Virus record (IMG/VR): IMGVR_UViG_3300030085_002462
Length of the DNA stretch: 64,000 nucleotides
Source of the DNA: a virus
Reading direction: 5' to 3' (one strand)
The notes under the pieces were generated by a model, which worked only from the letters and a program-made list of their open reading frames with translations, was not told the origin of the DNA and did not search any database. The position numbers were made by a program, and so were the translations under genes. Shown here in pieces: positions 17,764 through 26,465 of this stretch (positions are counted from its first letter, which is position 1; each line of letters begins with the position of its first letter).

Positions 17764-18570
17764 ATGAGTATCCTTAAAATTAACCACGTTAAAGACCTTA
17801 GCGGTATTGGTGGTTTCCAACTAGAAGCGGCAAACATTACCACAAATGGTACACTGAGAGTTACTGATCTCGCTATCAACGGTCAGGTCAATGGCACGGC
17901 GTCTAGTATTATTCCAGCGCTGCCTGGTAGTAATTACTATCTAACTACAAATGGTAGTAGTTTGAGTTGGCAGGAAGTTTCTTCATCTGGTGGATTCAAA
18001 TCCATGCAGGTATGGACAGGTAATGGCACATGGAGCAAACCTCAAGGAATTAGATCTATCCTTGTTAAAGTTGTTGGTGCTGGTGGCGGGGGATCAGGAT
18101 ATACTGAAGCAGGTGGTGCTGGTGGACATGGTGAAGTTATCGTTGATGTTAATAATGTAAATAGTGTTGGCGTTACTGTTGGATCACCAGGTGGTGGCGC
18201 ATATTATAATGGTTGTGGTGGTAATGGTAATGCATCATCATTTGGTGGATATGTATCTGCTAATGGTGGTACAGGTGCTAATTGTCATAACCAATACGCT
18301 GGTGGATTTGGTGGGCATGGATCTGGTGGTAACCTCAACTCACATGGTGGAGGTGGCACAGGTCACGGATCTCACTATTCTTATGGTAATATGATGGGCG
18401 GTGCATCCTATATGGGTGGATCTCAACCTGGTTGTCATCATAGAAATCATCATTATGCACACTCTCACGAGAGTTATGCTGCATGGGGTGCTGGTGGTAA
18501 CGGAGCAGAGTTCGGTTATCGCGGTGCACGCGGTAGAGAGGGTGTGGTAGTTGTCTATGAATATGCTTGA
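17764..18570 (+). CDS. Gly/His-rich fibre-tip/adhesin-like protein, paralog 3
   Basis: 268 aa; colinear with paralogs 1 and 2. Confidence 0.7.
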   Translation: MSILKINHVKDLSGIGGFQLEAANITTNGTLRVTDLAINGQVNGTASSIIPALPGSNYYLTTNGSSLSWQEVSSSGGFKSMQVWTGNGTWSKPQGIRSILVKVVGAGGGGSGYTEAGGAGGHGEVIVDVNNVNSVGVTVGSPGGGAYYNGCGGNGNASSFGGYVSANGGTGANCHNQYAGGFGGHGSGGNLNSHGGGGTGHGSHYSYGNMMGGASYMGGSQPGCHHRNHHYAHSHESYAAWGAGGNGAEFGYRGARGREGVVVVYEYA

Positions 18571-18576
18571 TAAATA
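18570..18576 (+). promoter_or_regulatory. T4-type late promoter
   Basis: GATAAATA upstream of 18599. Confidence 0.7.
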
Positions 18577-18598
18577 ACTAAAGGAAACTTTTACGACA

Positions 18599-19096
18599 AT
18601 GACTAAAAGAGCAATCGTTAACGGCGAAACTGGGGCACTGAGTGATATCTGTGATCCTGGGGACGAGTTTGAGATCTATTCAGGACCTGATGCCACTCAG
18701 AAGTGGTGTGATGTGCCTGATGATACCACTTATGAGCACACCATGATCAATGGTAAGATCTGGCATCGTAGAGATCTAGAGGATAAGCAATTCACTGCTA
18801 CAACTGAGCGTGTACTTGCCTATGGTCCTATGGGTGAGCAGATGGACATGATGTATAAAGATCAAGTAGACGGTGGTACCCGTTGGAAAGATCATATTGC
18901 TAAGGTTAAAGCAAACCTTGCTGCACCATCATCCCTTGATGCATATGATAATGACCCCAAAAAGGTCCAACAGTATGGTAGGATGGCATGGGAAGCATAC
19001 GATGAGGCATATGAAATGCCTGGTGATCGTATGAGAGAAGCACAGGTAAGAATGATCCGTAACTTCGCAGCACAACCAGAAGCAAACAAAGAGTAA
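18599..19096 (+). CDS. Putative fibre assembly/chaperone-like protein
   Basis: 165 aa; RVLAYGPMGEQMDMMYKD...WKDHIAKVK resembles the R..AYP.IGDQLDM.Y...W...I..VK motif of fibre-associated small proteins. Confidence 0.55.
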   Translation: MTKRAIVNGETGALSDICDPGDEFEIYSGPDATQKWCDVPDDTTYEHTMINGKIWHRRDLEDKQFTATTERVLAYGPMGEQMDMMYKDQVDGGTRWKDHIAKVKANLAAPSSLDAYDNDPKKVQQYGRMAWEAYDEAYEMPGDRMREAQVRMIRNFAAQPEANKE

Positions 19097-19112
19097 TTAG
19101 TATTATTTCGTT

Positions 19113-20714
19113 ATGAAGGTAGAGTCAATTTGTATCGTTGGCGGTGGATCTGCTGGTTGGATGTCAGCAGCACTACTCGCAAAGCAGTTTCCTGATATTG
19201 AAATTGCTCTAGTTGAATCTGATAAAAAACCCACTATTGGTGTGGGTGAAAGTACGTTGGGGCACTTCAATCGTTACCTCCTCCACATGGAGTTGGAGGA
19301 TGAAGATTGGATGCCCCATTGTAATGCAACGTACAAAACATCCATTGCATTTAGAAACTTTAAGCACGGTAAGGGTGAGAGATTCCAGTATCCATTTGGT
19401 GGACTAGCATATCAAGAACCATATAGGACTGACATTCAGAGATTCTATGAGTTGCAGATCCTGCATCCCGAGTTATATCCTGATGATGAGTTTGCTCGCT
19501 TTTGGAATCCATCAACATTGCTGACTGAGCAACAGAAGATTGCTAGTACAGGCATCGATGGTATGATGTGGGACCATAATAACGACAGCGCATATCATTT
19601 TGATGCTGAGTTGTTTGGTATCTATTTGAAAGAGCATCATTGTCAACGTGTCCAGCATGTGGTTGGTCATGTGGATCATGTTGTTAAGACTGAAGATGGA
19701 TATATTAAAGCGATTGTAACTGCTGAGGGTAGTTACATTGAAGCGGACATGTATATTGACTGCACAGGATTTAAGTCACTACTCCTTGAAGGATTCATGG
19801 GTAGTGAGTGGGAATCATTCAAAGATGTGCTATTCAATGATAGAGCAGTAGCAACACAGATTCCATACAAGAATCGTGAAACTGAAATGGATACCTATAC
19901 TGATTGTGATGCACAGTCAGCAGGGTGGGTATGGAATATCCCGTTGTGGAATCGTGTTGGCACGGGATATGTTTACTCATCTGATTACATCAATGAGTGT
20001 GAAGCAGAGCAAGAATTTAGAGAGTATTTGAGTGAGCGATATTCGCCCGAGATTGCCCAAAATGCTGAAATGCGTCACATTAAGATCAAGCATGGTAAGC
20101 ATAAAGAGGCATGGGTTAAGAATGTTGTGGGTATTGGATTGTCCTATGGTTTCCTAGAACCATTGGAATCTACTGGTCTCATGACTACACATGAGAATAT
20201 TCTATTCTTTGCTAATGCACTGGCACGCCGTAATGGTCTACTGACTGATGTTGATCGTAAGTCTTTCAACTTCACAGTGGATAAGGTGCTGGAGAATATG
20301 AAACTATTCGTTGCTCAGCATTATTATCTGACACAACGTCAAGATAATAAGTATTGGCGTGATGTTACCAACATTGAGTTGGGACATGGTGAGTGGAGAT
20401 TGGGGACAGAATATTCTACGCTTCAGTCTAAGCAGGAATACTATAACCTACTTGACAGAGCAACAAATAAATTCTATGATGGTGACACCTTTGGTGGTTT
20501 GCTGTATATCTCAGCAGGTCAAGGTTACCGACCTATATCTTCGTGGGACTTCAAAGTAAGATGTAAGAATGTCCCAATGCATTATGGTCAAGTAACTAGC
20601 ACTCATGAGTGGTATCAGAAGGAAAAGCAAAGACTGTTGGATATCATTGATGATATGCCTACACATTATGAATATCTAAGGGATCGTATTTATGGCAAAG
20701 AAACCGTGGATTAG
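19113..20714 (+). CDS. prnA: Flavin-dependent (tryptophan) halogenase, PrnA-like
   Basis: 533 aa; IVGGGSAGW FAD motif, IGVGEST, CNATYK (catalytic Lys position), YIDCTGF, GWVWNIP (WxWxIP), GFLEPLESTG. Confidence 0.92.
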   Translation: MKVESICIVGGGSAGWMSAALLAKQFPDIEIALVESDKKPTIGVGESTLGHFNRYLLHMELEDEDWMPHCNATYKTSIAFRNFKHGKGERFQYPFGGLAYQEPYRTDIQRFYELQILHPELYPDDEFARFWNPSTLLTEQQKIASTGIDGMMWDHNNDSAYHFDAELFGIYLKEHHCQRVQHVVGHVDHVVKTEDGYIKAIVTAEGSYIEADMYIDCTGFKSLLLEGFMGSEWESFKDVLFNDRAVATQIPYKNRETEMDTYTDCDAQSAGWVWNIPLWNRVGTGYVYSSDYINECEAEQEFREYLSERYSPEIAQNAEMRHIKIKHGKHKEAWVKNVVGIGLSYGFLEPLESTGLMTTHENILFFANALARRNGLLTDVDRKSFNFTVDKVLENMKLFVAQHYYLTQRQDNKYWRDVTNIELGHGEWRLGTEYSTLQSKQEYYNLLDRATNKFYDGDTFGGLLYISAGQGYRPISSWDFKVRCKNVPMHYGQVTSTHEWYQKEKQRLLDIIDDMPTHYEYLRDRIYGKETVD

Positions 20715-21513
20715 ATTCTACTCAATCGAGAAGGGTTTATCACAAAGATTCCCGTGGATGCCATCGCGTAAGTTGTCGCGACCATGGAGAGTTAAAGCAC
20801 AGAAAGAGTTATCTAAGGATCCAGTTACCCGTTGTCCAGCATTAAAACTGCAACGCATGGTGCAGATGTCTAAGGTAACTAATCAACCCACTATCTTTCC
20901 AATGCACGCGGCAACTTGCCCAGCATTGACAGGTGTAATGGATAGTGGTTTTATAATGACTGCTGCATATGATTTCGTTATCTCCATGGAAAATGGAGAA
21001 ATGTTTTTCATGTCTAAAGGTGAAAGAATTCATTTACATTCACCTGAGCAGACTGATGGTATGCGTGAGTATATTAGTGACAAACCTATTCACCCTGTTG
21101 TAATTAAGTTACAACAACCATGGAGAGTCCATGCACATAAAGATGTATGCTTCTTGCAGTTGCCAGTAACATATCATAAAGAGGAGCGATTCTCTGTTGC
21201 TACTGGTATTGCAGATCCTACATATTCATATGAGATCAATTTACAACTCTTTTGGCATATGCTAGAGGATGGACAATATCTCATTGAAGCGGGCACACCA
21301 CTCGCACAGTGGATACCTATCCACAGAGATTATCTCAATCCGAGTAACTTCAACGTTGAGATAGAAGATGCAAATGATGACGATTATGTTGCTGAGGATT
21401 ATTGGCAATATCATATGAGAAACACGTTTGCAGAATTACAACCACTACAAGTGAGAAAGAAAATACACCAATTCATTGTCTCACTAAATAAAAACAGCAA
21501 GAGGTTTGAGTAA
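20692..21513 (+). CDS. Hypothetical beta-rich protein (possibly dUTPase-like fold)
   Basis: 273 aa; TCPAL...GFIM, KLQQPW and LIEAGTPLAQWIPI; start overlaps the halogenase stop; fold call is tentative. Confidence 0.5.
   Translation: MAKKPWIRFYSIEKGLSQRFPWMPSRKLSRPWRVKAQKELSKDPVTRCPALKLQRMVQMSKVTNQPTIFPMHAATCPALTGVMDSGFIMTAAYDFVISMENGEMFFMSKGERIHLHSPEQTDGMREYISDKPIHPVVIKLQQPWRVHAHKDVCFLQLPVTYHKEERFSVATGIADPTYSYEINLQLFWHMLEDGQYLIEAGTPLAQWIPIHRDYLNPSNFNVEIEDANDDDYVAEDYWQYHMRNTFAELQPLQVRKKIHQFIVSLNKNSKRFE
21484..21490 (+). promoter_or_regulatory. Possible T4-type late promoter
   Basis: CTAAATA 25 nt upstream of 21516. Confidence 0.5.
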
Positions 21514-21515
21514 TC

Positions 21516-21965
21516 ATGTCTGACAACACTTTGGGTAACCTTGAATCGACATCGCGTAATGTCAAGGAAATCACAGAATATGACATCGACAAGGTGGCAG
21601 GAGTTGAGACCACCGAAGAAGTCAGGGAAAAACTTGAAGCAACTAAAATTGAAGCAGGAGTGCTAATCTCCTATGATCAACTGGTTGTTAATTTCCTACA
21701 ACAATATGAAGATGCTAAAGAGGATCTTCTCAAGATGCAAACTGCACTTGATAACCTGCACTACACATCTACAGTGACTAAGATTTCACTGAAAGAGATG
21801 CAGGATAAGAAAGATTTTATGCATCAACTCCACGGTGCTATTGAAGCGCTGTATCTTTATCAGAAGCATGTTGATCCCAACGTGACTGATAAACCATGGA
21901 CATTTGAAGACCCTGAATATGATGAAACCACAATCACTGCCGACCCCACCACACAGGAAGGTTGA
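21516..21965 (+). CDS. Hypothetical acidic, coiled-coil protein
   Basis: 149-aa ORF with heptad-like helices. Confidence 0.65.
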   Translation: MSDNTLGNLESTSRNVKEITEYDIDKVAGVETTEEVREKLEATKIEAGVLISYDQLVVNFLQQYEDAKEDLLKMQTALDNLHYTSTVTKISLKEMQDKKDFMHQLHGAIEALYLYQKHVDPNVTDKPWTFEDPEYDETTITADPTTQEG

Positions 21966-22575
21966 TCTACTATTTCCCACACCATTATGGACATTTGATG
22001 GGTGTGGGTTAGATACAAAAGAAATTACAGATTTCTGTTATGTAATTAAGGACGAAGGTCCTGGTAGAAAGGTAAGTAATATCGGTGACAATGCATATCA
22101 GTCACTAGATTTTATGCCCTCCATCCTACCCCGTACGCCCCTGTATGCCCTCTATAATAAGATTATGGAGTGTGCATACTCTGCTGCCGATGAATGGGGT
22201 TTCCAAGGGTATAAACTAGACATGGGTAATCTCTGGATTAATATCAATGGGAGAGCAGCATCTAACATGGTGCACACTCATCCTGGTTGTATATTGTCTG
22301 GAGTTTATTATGCTAAACTACCATCATGTTGTGAGGGTAGTCTTGTGTTGTGTGATACCTATGAGAGACAACATATGAAACAGTATTGGGCGGATCAAGG
22401 TAATATCAATAAGTATGATGATCTGAATAAGGATGAGCACACTGTTTATCCTAAGGAAGATAGTATGCATATATTTCCTGCATGGGTGCCACATTATGTG
22501 GATCCAAATATGAATCCTGATGGTGATGATCGTATTAGTATCAGTTTTAACCTCAGAGTGAGACAGTTTCGATGA
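21919..22575 (+). CDS. 2OG-Fe(II) oxygenase (TIGR02466-like)
   Basis: LFPTPLW, WINING...HTHPGCILSGVYY, IFPAWVPHYV, RISISFN; start set at the first in-frame ATG (track uses TTG 21904). Confidence 0.87.
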   Translation: MMKPQSLPTPPHRKVDLLFPTPLWTFDGCGLDTKEITDFCYVIKDEGPGRKVSNIGDNAYQSLDFMPSILPRTPLYALYNKIMECAYSAADEWGFQGYKLDMGNLWININGRAASNMVHTHPGCILSGVYYAKLPSCCEGSLVLCDTYERQHMKQYWADQGNINKYDDLNKDEHTVYPKEDSMHIFPAWVPHYVDPNMNPDGDDRISISFNLRVRQFR

Positions 22576-23243
22576 ATTATATCCAGTTAGATGATGTTGT
22601 AGCACCGACATCTTACTCACGACTCCATGCACTTGTTACAGGTGTAGAATTTCCATGGTTTTTTCATGCTAAGGATGTAACTTATCAAACTAATGGTGAA
22701 TTTACATTTGGTGGACAAGATCTATTCGAACCTCCCAAAGAGTATAGATTGCCTGGTTTTTTTCATGCTGTTATTAAGACTGATCAAGGTCCAGTTTCGC
22801 CCTACTTTGCCCTAATTGAAACAGCAGTGCTCAATTCTATTCAAGATAGATTGGGTGTTGAATGTCAATTCTTCCGTGCAATTTGGAGATTGACATTAAA
22901 TGCTGGTGACAGAGATGGACACACCACAGCACATGTTGATCATGATGATGATCACTACACTGCAATATATTATTTGAATGATTGCTCAGGTGATACTGTA
23001 TTGTTTGATCAATACGATGATCCTAAAGACTTCGATGGTAATGTAAGTGAGCGATGGTTAAAAGGTAGGAAACAACCTTATACTATTAACAGGAGACAGA
23101 CACCTAAAGCAAATAGTGCTATTATATTTGATGGTCATCAATATCATGCTGGCACACCTCCACAGGGTGACGATGCATGGAGAATAGTGTTAAACATAAA
23201 CTTTAAGACACATGAGCATATCTTTCCTGCCACATCAACTTAG
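22572..23243 (+). CDS. 2OG-Fe(II) oxygenase
   Basis: HVD, TAIYYLNDCSGDTVLF, PKANSAIIFDGHQYHAG, RIVLNINF. Confidence 0.87.
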   Translation: MNYIQLDDVVAPTSYSRLHALVTGVEFPWFFHAKDVTYQTNGEFTFGGQDLFEPPKEYRLPGFFHAVIKTDQGPVSPYFALIETAVLNSIQDRLGVECQFFRAIWRLTLNAGDRDGHTTAHVDHDDDHYTAIYYLNDCSGDTVLFDQYDDPKDFDGNVSERWLKGRKQPYTINRRQTPKANSAIIFDGHQYHAGTPPQGDDAWRIVLNINFKTHEHIFPATST

Positions 23244-23910
23244 AGACACTAAAGAGTGGGATGTCGATGACAAACCACACATGTGGGAGGGCATCGCTAA
23301 AGATATTAGCGATGTTTTATCATGGGATAAAGTAGAGTATTGTCTCAACAATCCTCAATTCTTCCGTGTCAATCTACCTCATAATAATATCCCTCATTAT
23401 TATAGAAACTGGGGAGACAAAGAAGTACCTGATCCCAAAGATATATTTGAAGCAGTTAACAATGGTAGGACATTTATCATTGAAAACTATTCATGGTGTG
23501 ATGAGACTAGCAGACAATTAATGGATGCATTTGAAGCAGTGTTTCCATCATGTCAGGGTGAAATGCATGTGTATGGTGGCACATCAACTCATCAAAGTTT
23601 CCCTATTCATCAAGACTTAGCGAATAACTTTATTATTCAGTGTGAAGGTGAAACTCACTGGACTGTATATAATGATAGGGCAAGCAATCTACTCTCACAT
23701 CGTGAGACTATGGATGCAAAACTCAGTGAAAACTTGCTCACAGTTGCCATCGATTGCACTCTTAAAAAAGGTGATGTGCTCTACATCCCTGCTAGATGTT
23801 ATCATCGAGCACAACCAGACTCGCGTCGTCTCTCACTCAGTGTCCCGATGATGCACTTATGTCAATCAAAACCATACGATAGAAAGTATTATGAATTACG
23901 AAAGACTTAA
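23212..23910 (+). CDS. JmjC / cupin-4 family 2OG-Fe(II) oxygenase
   Basis: SFPIHQDLANNFIIQCEGETHWTVY (HxD...), LKKGDVLYIPARCYHRA. Confidence 0.85.
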   Translation: MSISFLPHQLRDTKEWDVDDKPHMWEGIAKDISDVLSWDKVEYCLNNPQFFRVNLPHNNIPHYYRNWGDKEVPDPKDIFEAVNNGRTFIIENYSWCDETSRQLMDAFEAVFPSCQGEMHVYGGTSTHQSFPIHQDLANNFIIQCEGETHWTVYNDRASNLLSHRETMDAKLSENLLTVAIDCTLKKGDVLYIPARCYHRAQPDSRRLSLSVPMMHLCQSKPYDRKYYELRKT

Positions 23911-24535
23911 TCCCTATGCATATGTGTTTAAGTCTAAAAGTATGATCGACTTTGAGACTGTTAAACCTAGAGTATTAGCATACCTAGATTATGCAAACAC
24001 ACAGCATCAAACATCACTAGAGAAAGATGGCGGTCGATCTTCAGTGCACTTGAGTGTGACTGACCCTCCACATGCTTGGGATGAATTCACACCTTTTAGA
24101 GAAAAGATGTTTGAAGTATGTGATGAAGTATGGAAGGAATGGAAGTTACAACCGTGTATCAAACAAGTAAAGGGATCATGGATTAATGAGCATCCACAGG
24201 GTGCATGGACTGATTCACATCATCACCACGGATGTCATTTAGTGGTGTCATGGTATATGAAACAACCTAAAAATAGTGGTCGGTTAATGATACAAAACCC
24301 ACTCACACCATACAAGATGAGCGAACCTACTGATGTTTTGTATGATGCTATGGGTATGGATTGGATCCCCATTGATACTGAAGAAGGTGACTTCTTAGTA
24401 TTTCCAGGTTGGTTAAAGCATAAAACAGAAACCAACAATTCCTCAGAAATGCGTTATATTATGAGTGTCAACATAAGTGCATATCGCTTTTATGGTGAAA
24501 ATGAAATGCCATTTCAACACAATAGAGTGACATAA
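23891..24535 (+). CDS. 2OG-Fe(II) oxygenase (TIGR02466-like)
   Basis: WINEHPQGAWTDSHHH, SWYMKQPKNSGRLMIQNP, EGDFLVFPGWLKHKT, RYIMSVN. Confidence 0.87.
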   Translation: MNYERLNPYAYVFKSKSMIDFETVKPRVLAYLDYANTQHQTSLEKDGGRSSVHLSVTDPPHAWDEFTPFREKMFEVCDEVWKEWKLQPCIKQVKGSWINEHPQGAWTDSHHHHGCHLVVSWYMKQPKNSGRLMIQNPLTPYKMSEPTDVLYDAMGMDWIPIDTEEGDFLVFPGWLKHKTETNNSSEMRYIMSVNISAYRFYGENEMPFQHNRVT

Positions 24536-24594
24536 CGTTGACGATACCACCAAAACCCGCTTAAATAGTAATGCCACGTTGCAAAGAGGGAGGC

Positions 24595-24759
24595 ATGTCC
24601 ATTTGGAAAACTCAGATCCTCGCTAATAGCGAGAAATCTCTCGTTAAACATGCATTGTTTTTATATCAAAAGCAAATGTATGACAAAATCGGAGAGTTAT
24701 CACCTGCTCAGAGGGTAACACTCCAATCTATCGTCGAAAAGTTATCCTTAACCACATGA
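24595..24759 (+). CDS. Hypothetical small protein
   Basis: Start moved to ATG 24595 (GGAGG just upstream; late-type TTAAATA at 24561-24567 lies too close to ATG 24571). Confidence 0.6.
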   Translation: MSIWKTQILANSEKSLVKHALFLYQKQMYDKIGELSPAQRVTLQSIVEKLSLTT

Positions 24760-25085
24760 CCACACCATTACTGATAGGGGAATCAGTCCCCAAAGAAGTA
24801 AAAAACATCCTCAAATCTCTTGAGGTAGGACAAAGAGCACGGATTGGATCTGTTGAAGGTTTTATTGAATTTGTCAGTGATGAATACATCACTGTTTGTG
24901 TTTCAACTAAACCCAATCCCGAAGGATCTAGACAACCAATGAATAAATGTTGTGTTTGTGTTTATCCATATCAATGGGACGATCTAGAGATAGAAGACGA
25001 GCACTTCTATGACCACAAAGCATTCAGGGGCAAAACTAATGACCATCCTGGAAATGAAATGCTACCTGATATAGACGATAGGTAA
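24756..25085 (+). CDS. Hypothetical protein (SH3-like beta pattern, Cys-rich)
   Basis: 109 aa; GFIEFVSDEYITVCV...CCVCVYPYQW. Confidence 0.7.
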   Translation: MTTPLLIGESVPKEVKNILKSLEVGQRARIGSVEGFIEFVSDEYITVCVSTKPNPEGSRQPMNKCCVCVYPYQWDDLEIEDEHFYDHKAFRGKTNDHPGNEMLPDIDDR

Positions 25086-25128
25086 ACTGTCACAGGGGGT
25101 TGAGACACCCCCTTTTTTTGTGTATAAT
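25074..25128 (+). promoter_or_regulatory. Early sigma70-type promoter with upstream palindromic element (copy A)
   Basis: GACGATAGGTAAACTGTCAC 25074-25093; TTGAGA 25100-25105, 17 nt, TATAAT 25123-25128. Confidence 0.8.
25094..25119 (+). terminator. Intrinsic terminator
   Basis: AGGGGGT-TGAGAC-ACCCCCT followed by a T run. Confidence 0.85.
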
Positions 25129-25150
25129 AGGTGCAACGACACGAAAAGCA

Positions 25151-26389
25151 TTGATCACTCTCCGTCCCCACCAGTCACGAGCACTCGACGCTATGTGTGC
25201 CACTGGTCACGGTCAGGTGATCGTCCCGACTGGTGGTGGTAAAACCATCATCATGATCGAGCACGCTAAGCACCTGCTCAACCAAGGTCCTAAGACTATT
25301 GTTGTGGTTGCACCTCGCATTCTTCTCGCTAATCAACTTAGCGAAGAATTCATGCAGTTTATCCCTACAACATGGACACACGTTGCACACTGCCACAGTG
25401 GTGAAACTCATCACTTCTCTACAACTAAGAGCGACAAACTTGCTCTCTTCAATAATACTGCACGAGCAGCAAGTGAGTCTTGCATTATCTTCACGACGTA
25501 TCATTCTTTGCGTCGTGTTGTAGATAGTGGCATCGATGTAGATGCTATTTACTTCGATGAAGCACACAATGCTTGCACTAAGCACTTCTTCGTAAGTGTT
25601 GCTGCTATGTCATTCAGTGCAGATAAGAAGTATTTCTTCACTGCTACACCTCGTGTCAGCAATAAGCATGACCGTGGTATGAATAACCGTGAGATCTTCG
25701 GTCCAGTGATTGAGAATGTCCCTGCACCCGAGTTGATCAAAGGCGGTCACATTCTTCGTCCTACTATTGTCCCTTTCGAGACTGATTACACAGTAGACAA
25801 GAAACAACCCCATCTGGTCCACTCTACTACAGTGCAGGATATCATCGACAACCTCGATGAATCACATGCTGCTAAAGTGTTGGTTGCCGTGCCATCTTCT
25901 CGTGTGCTTGGCAACATCCTCGGACATACTGATCTACTCTTTCAACTGAAAGATCGTGGATATGATGTCCTCCACGTTACCTCTAAATTTGGAGCATATG
26001 TCAACGACCAAAAAGTCAACCGTGAAAAGTTTTTTGAAACCCTCAATGCGTGGGGTAAAGAAGATGACAGAAAATTCGTCATCTTTCATTACAGCATCCT
26101 TTCGGAAGGTATCAACGTTGCTGGTCTCACTCACACGATTCTCTTGCGAAATCTTAACGTCGTCGAGATGGCACAAACTATCGGAAGGGTTATCCGACTT
26201 GATAAGCGCGATGCCGCTGGTATTGCGAGCGGTGATCTTTCTCCTTGCTCTTGGAGTTGCTATCACAAACCCACTGGTTACGTTAGTGTGCCTGTCCATA
26301 GCAATCATGGTGCCGCAGTTATCAAAAGACTGCAAAGAGTAACTGATGAGATCTTTGTGAAGGGCGTCCCTGCTACTGCCCTCGTGTGA
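25151..26389 (+). CDS. SF2 (DEAH) helicase, ResIII-like
   Basis: TTG start (MITLRPHQ, Q motif); VPTGGGKT Walker A, FDEAH, TAT, ILSEGIN, QTIGRVIR. Confidence 0.92.
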   Translation: MITLRPHQSRALDAMCATGHGQVIVPTGGGKTIIMIEHAKHLLNQGPKTIVVVAPRILLANQLSEEFMQFIPTTWTHVAHCHSGETHHFSTTKSDKLALFNNTARAASESCIIFTTYHSLRRVVDSGIDVDAIYFDEAHNACTKHFFVSVAAMSFSADKKYFFTATPRVSNKHDRGMNNREIFGPVIENVPAPELIKGGHILRPTIVPFETDYTVDKKQPHLVHSTTVQDIIDNLDESHAAKVLVAVPSSRVLGNILGHTDLLFQLKDRGYDVLHVTSKFGAYVNDQKVNREKFFETLNAWGKEDDRKFVIFHYSILSEGINVAGLTHTILLRNLNVVEMAQTIGRVIRLDKRDAAGIASGDLSPCSWSCYHKPTGYVSVPVHSNHGAAVIKRLQRVTDEIFVKGVPATALV

Positions 26390-26443
26390 CAATCTACAAG
26401 GTGCACACTAATTGTTGTGCACCTATTTTTCTTGGGTTATATT
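26388..26443 (+). promoter_or_regulatory. Early promoter with upstream element (copy B)
   Basis: GACAATCTACAAGGTGCACA 26388-26407; TTGTGC-17-TATATT (26438-26443). Confidence 0.65.
26399..26430 (+). terminator. Hairpin / probable terminator after the helicase
   Basis: AGGTGCACA-N8-TGTGCACCT then ATTTTT. Confidence 0.6.
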
Positions 26444-26465
26444 ATATACATAACACACAAGGCAC

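Noticed and set aside
16106-18570. Diversity-generating retroelement or recent gene conversion behind the three paralogs
   Set aside because: No reverse transcriptase in the window; differences are synonymous third-position changes rather than adenine-specific, and there are no long identical DNA tracts
20692-21513. Flavin reductase partner for the halogenase
   Set aside because: No flavin- or NAD-binding motif recognisable; left as a hypothetical beta-rich protein
24215-24230. His run (SHHHHG) as a special metal-binding tag
   Set aside because: It contains the ordinary HxH iron ligands of the oxygenase
25100-25150. Track's N-terminal extension of the helicase
   Set aside because: It runs through the terminator and promoter; the Q-motif start at TTG 25151 fits better
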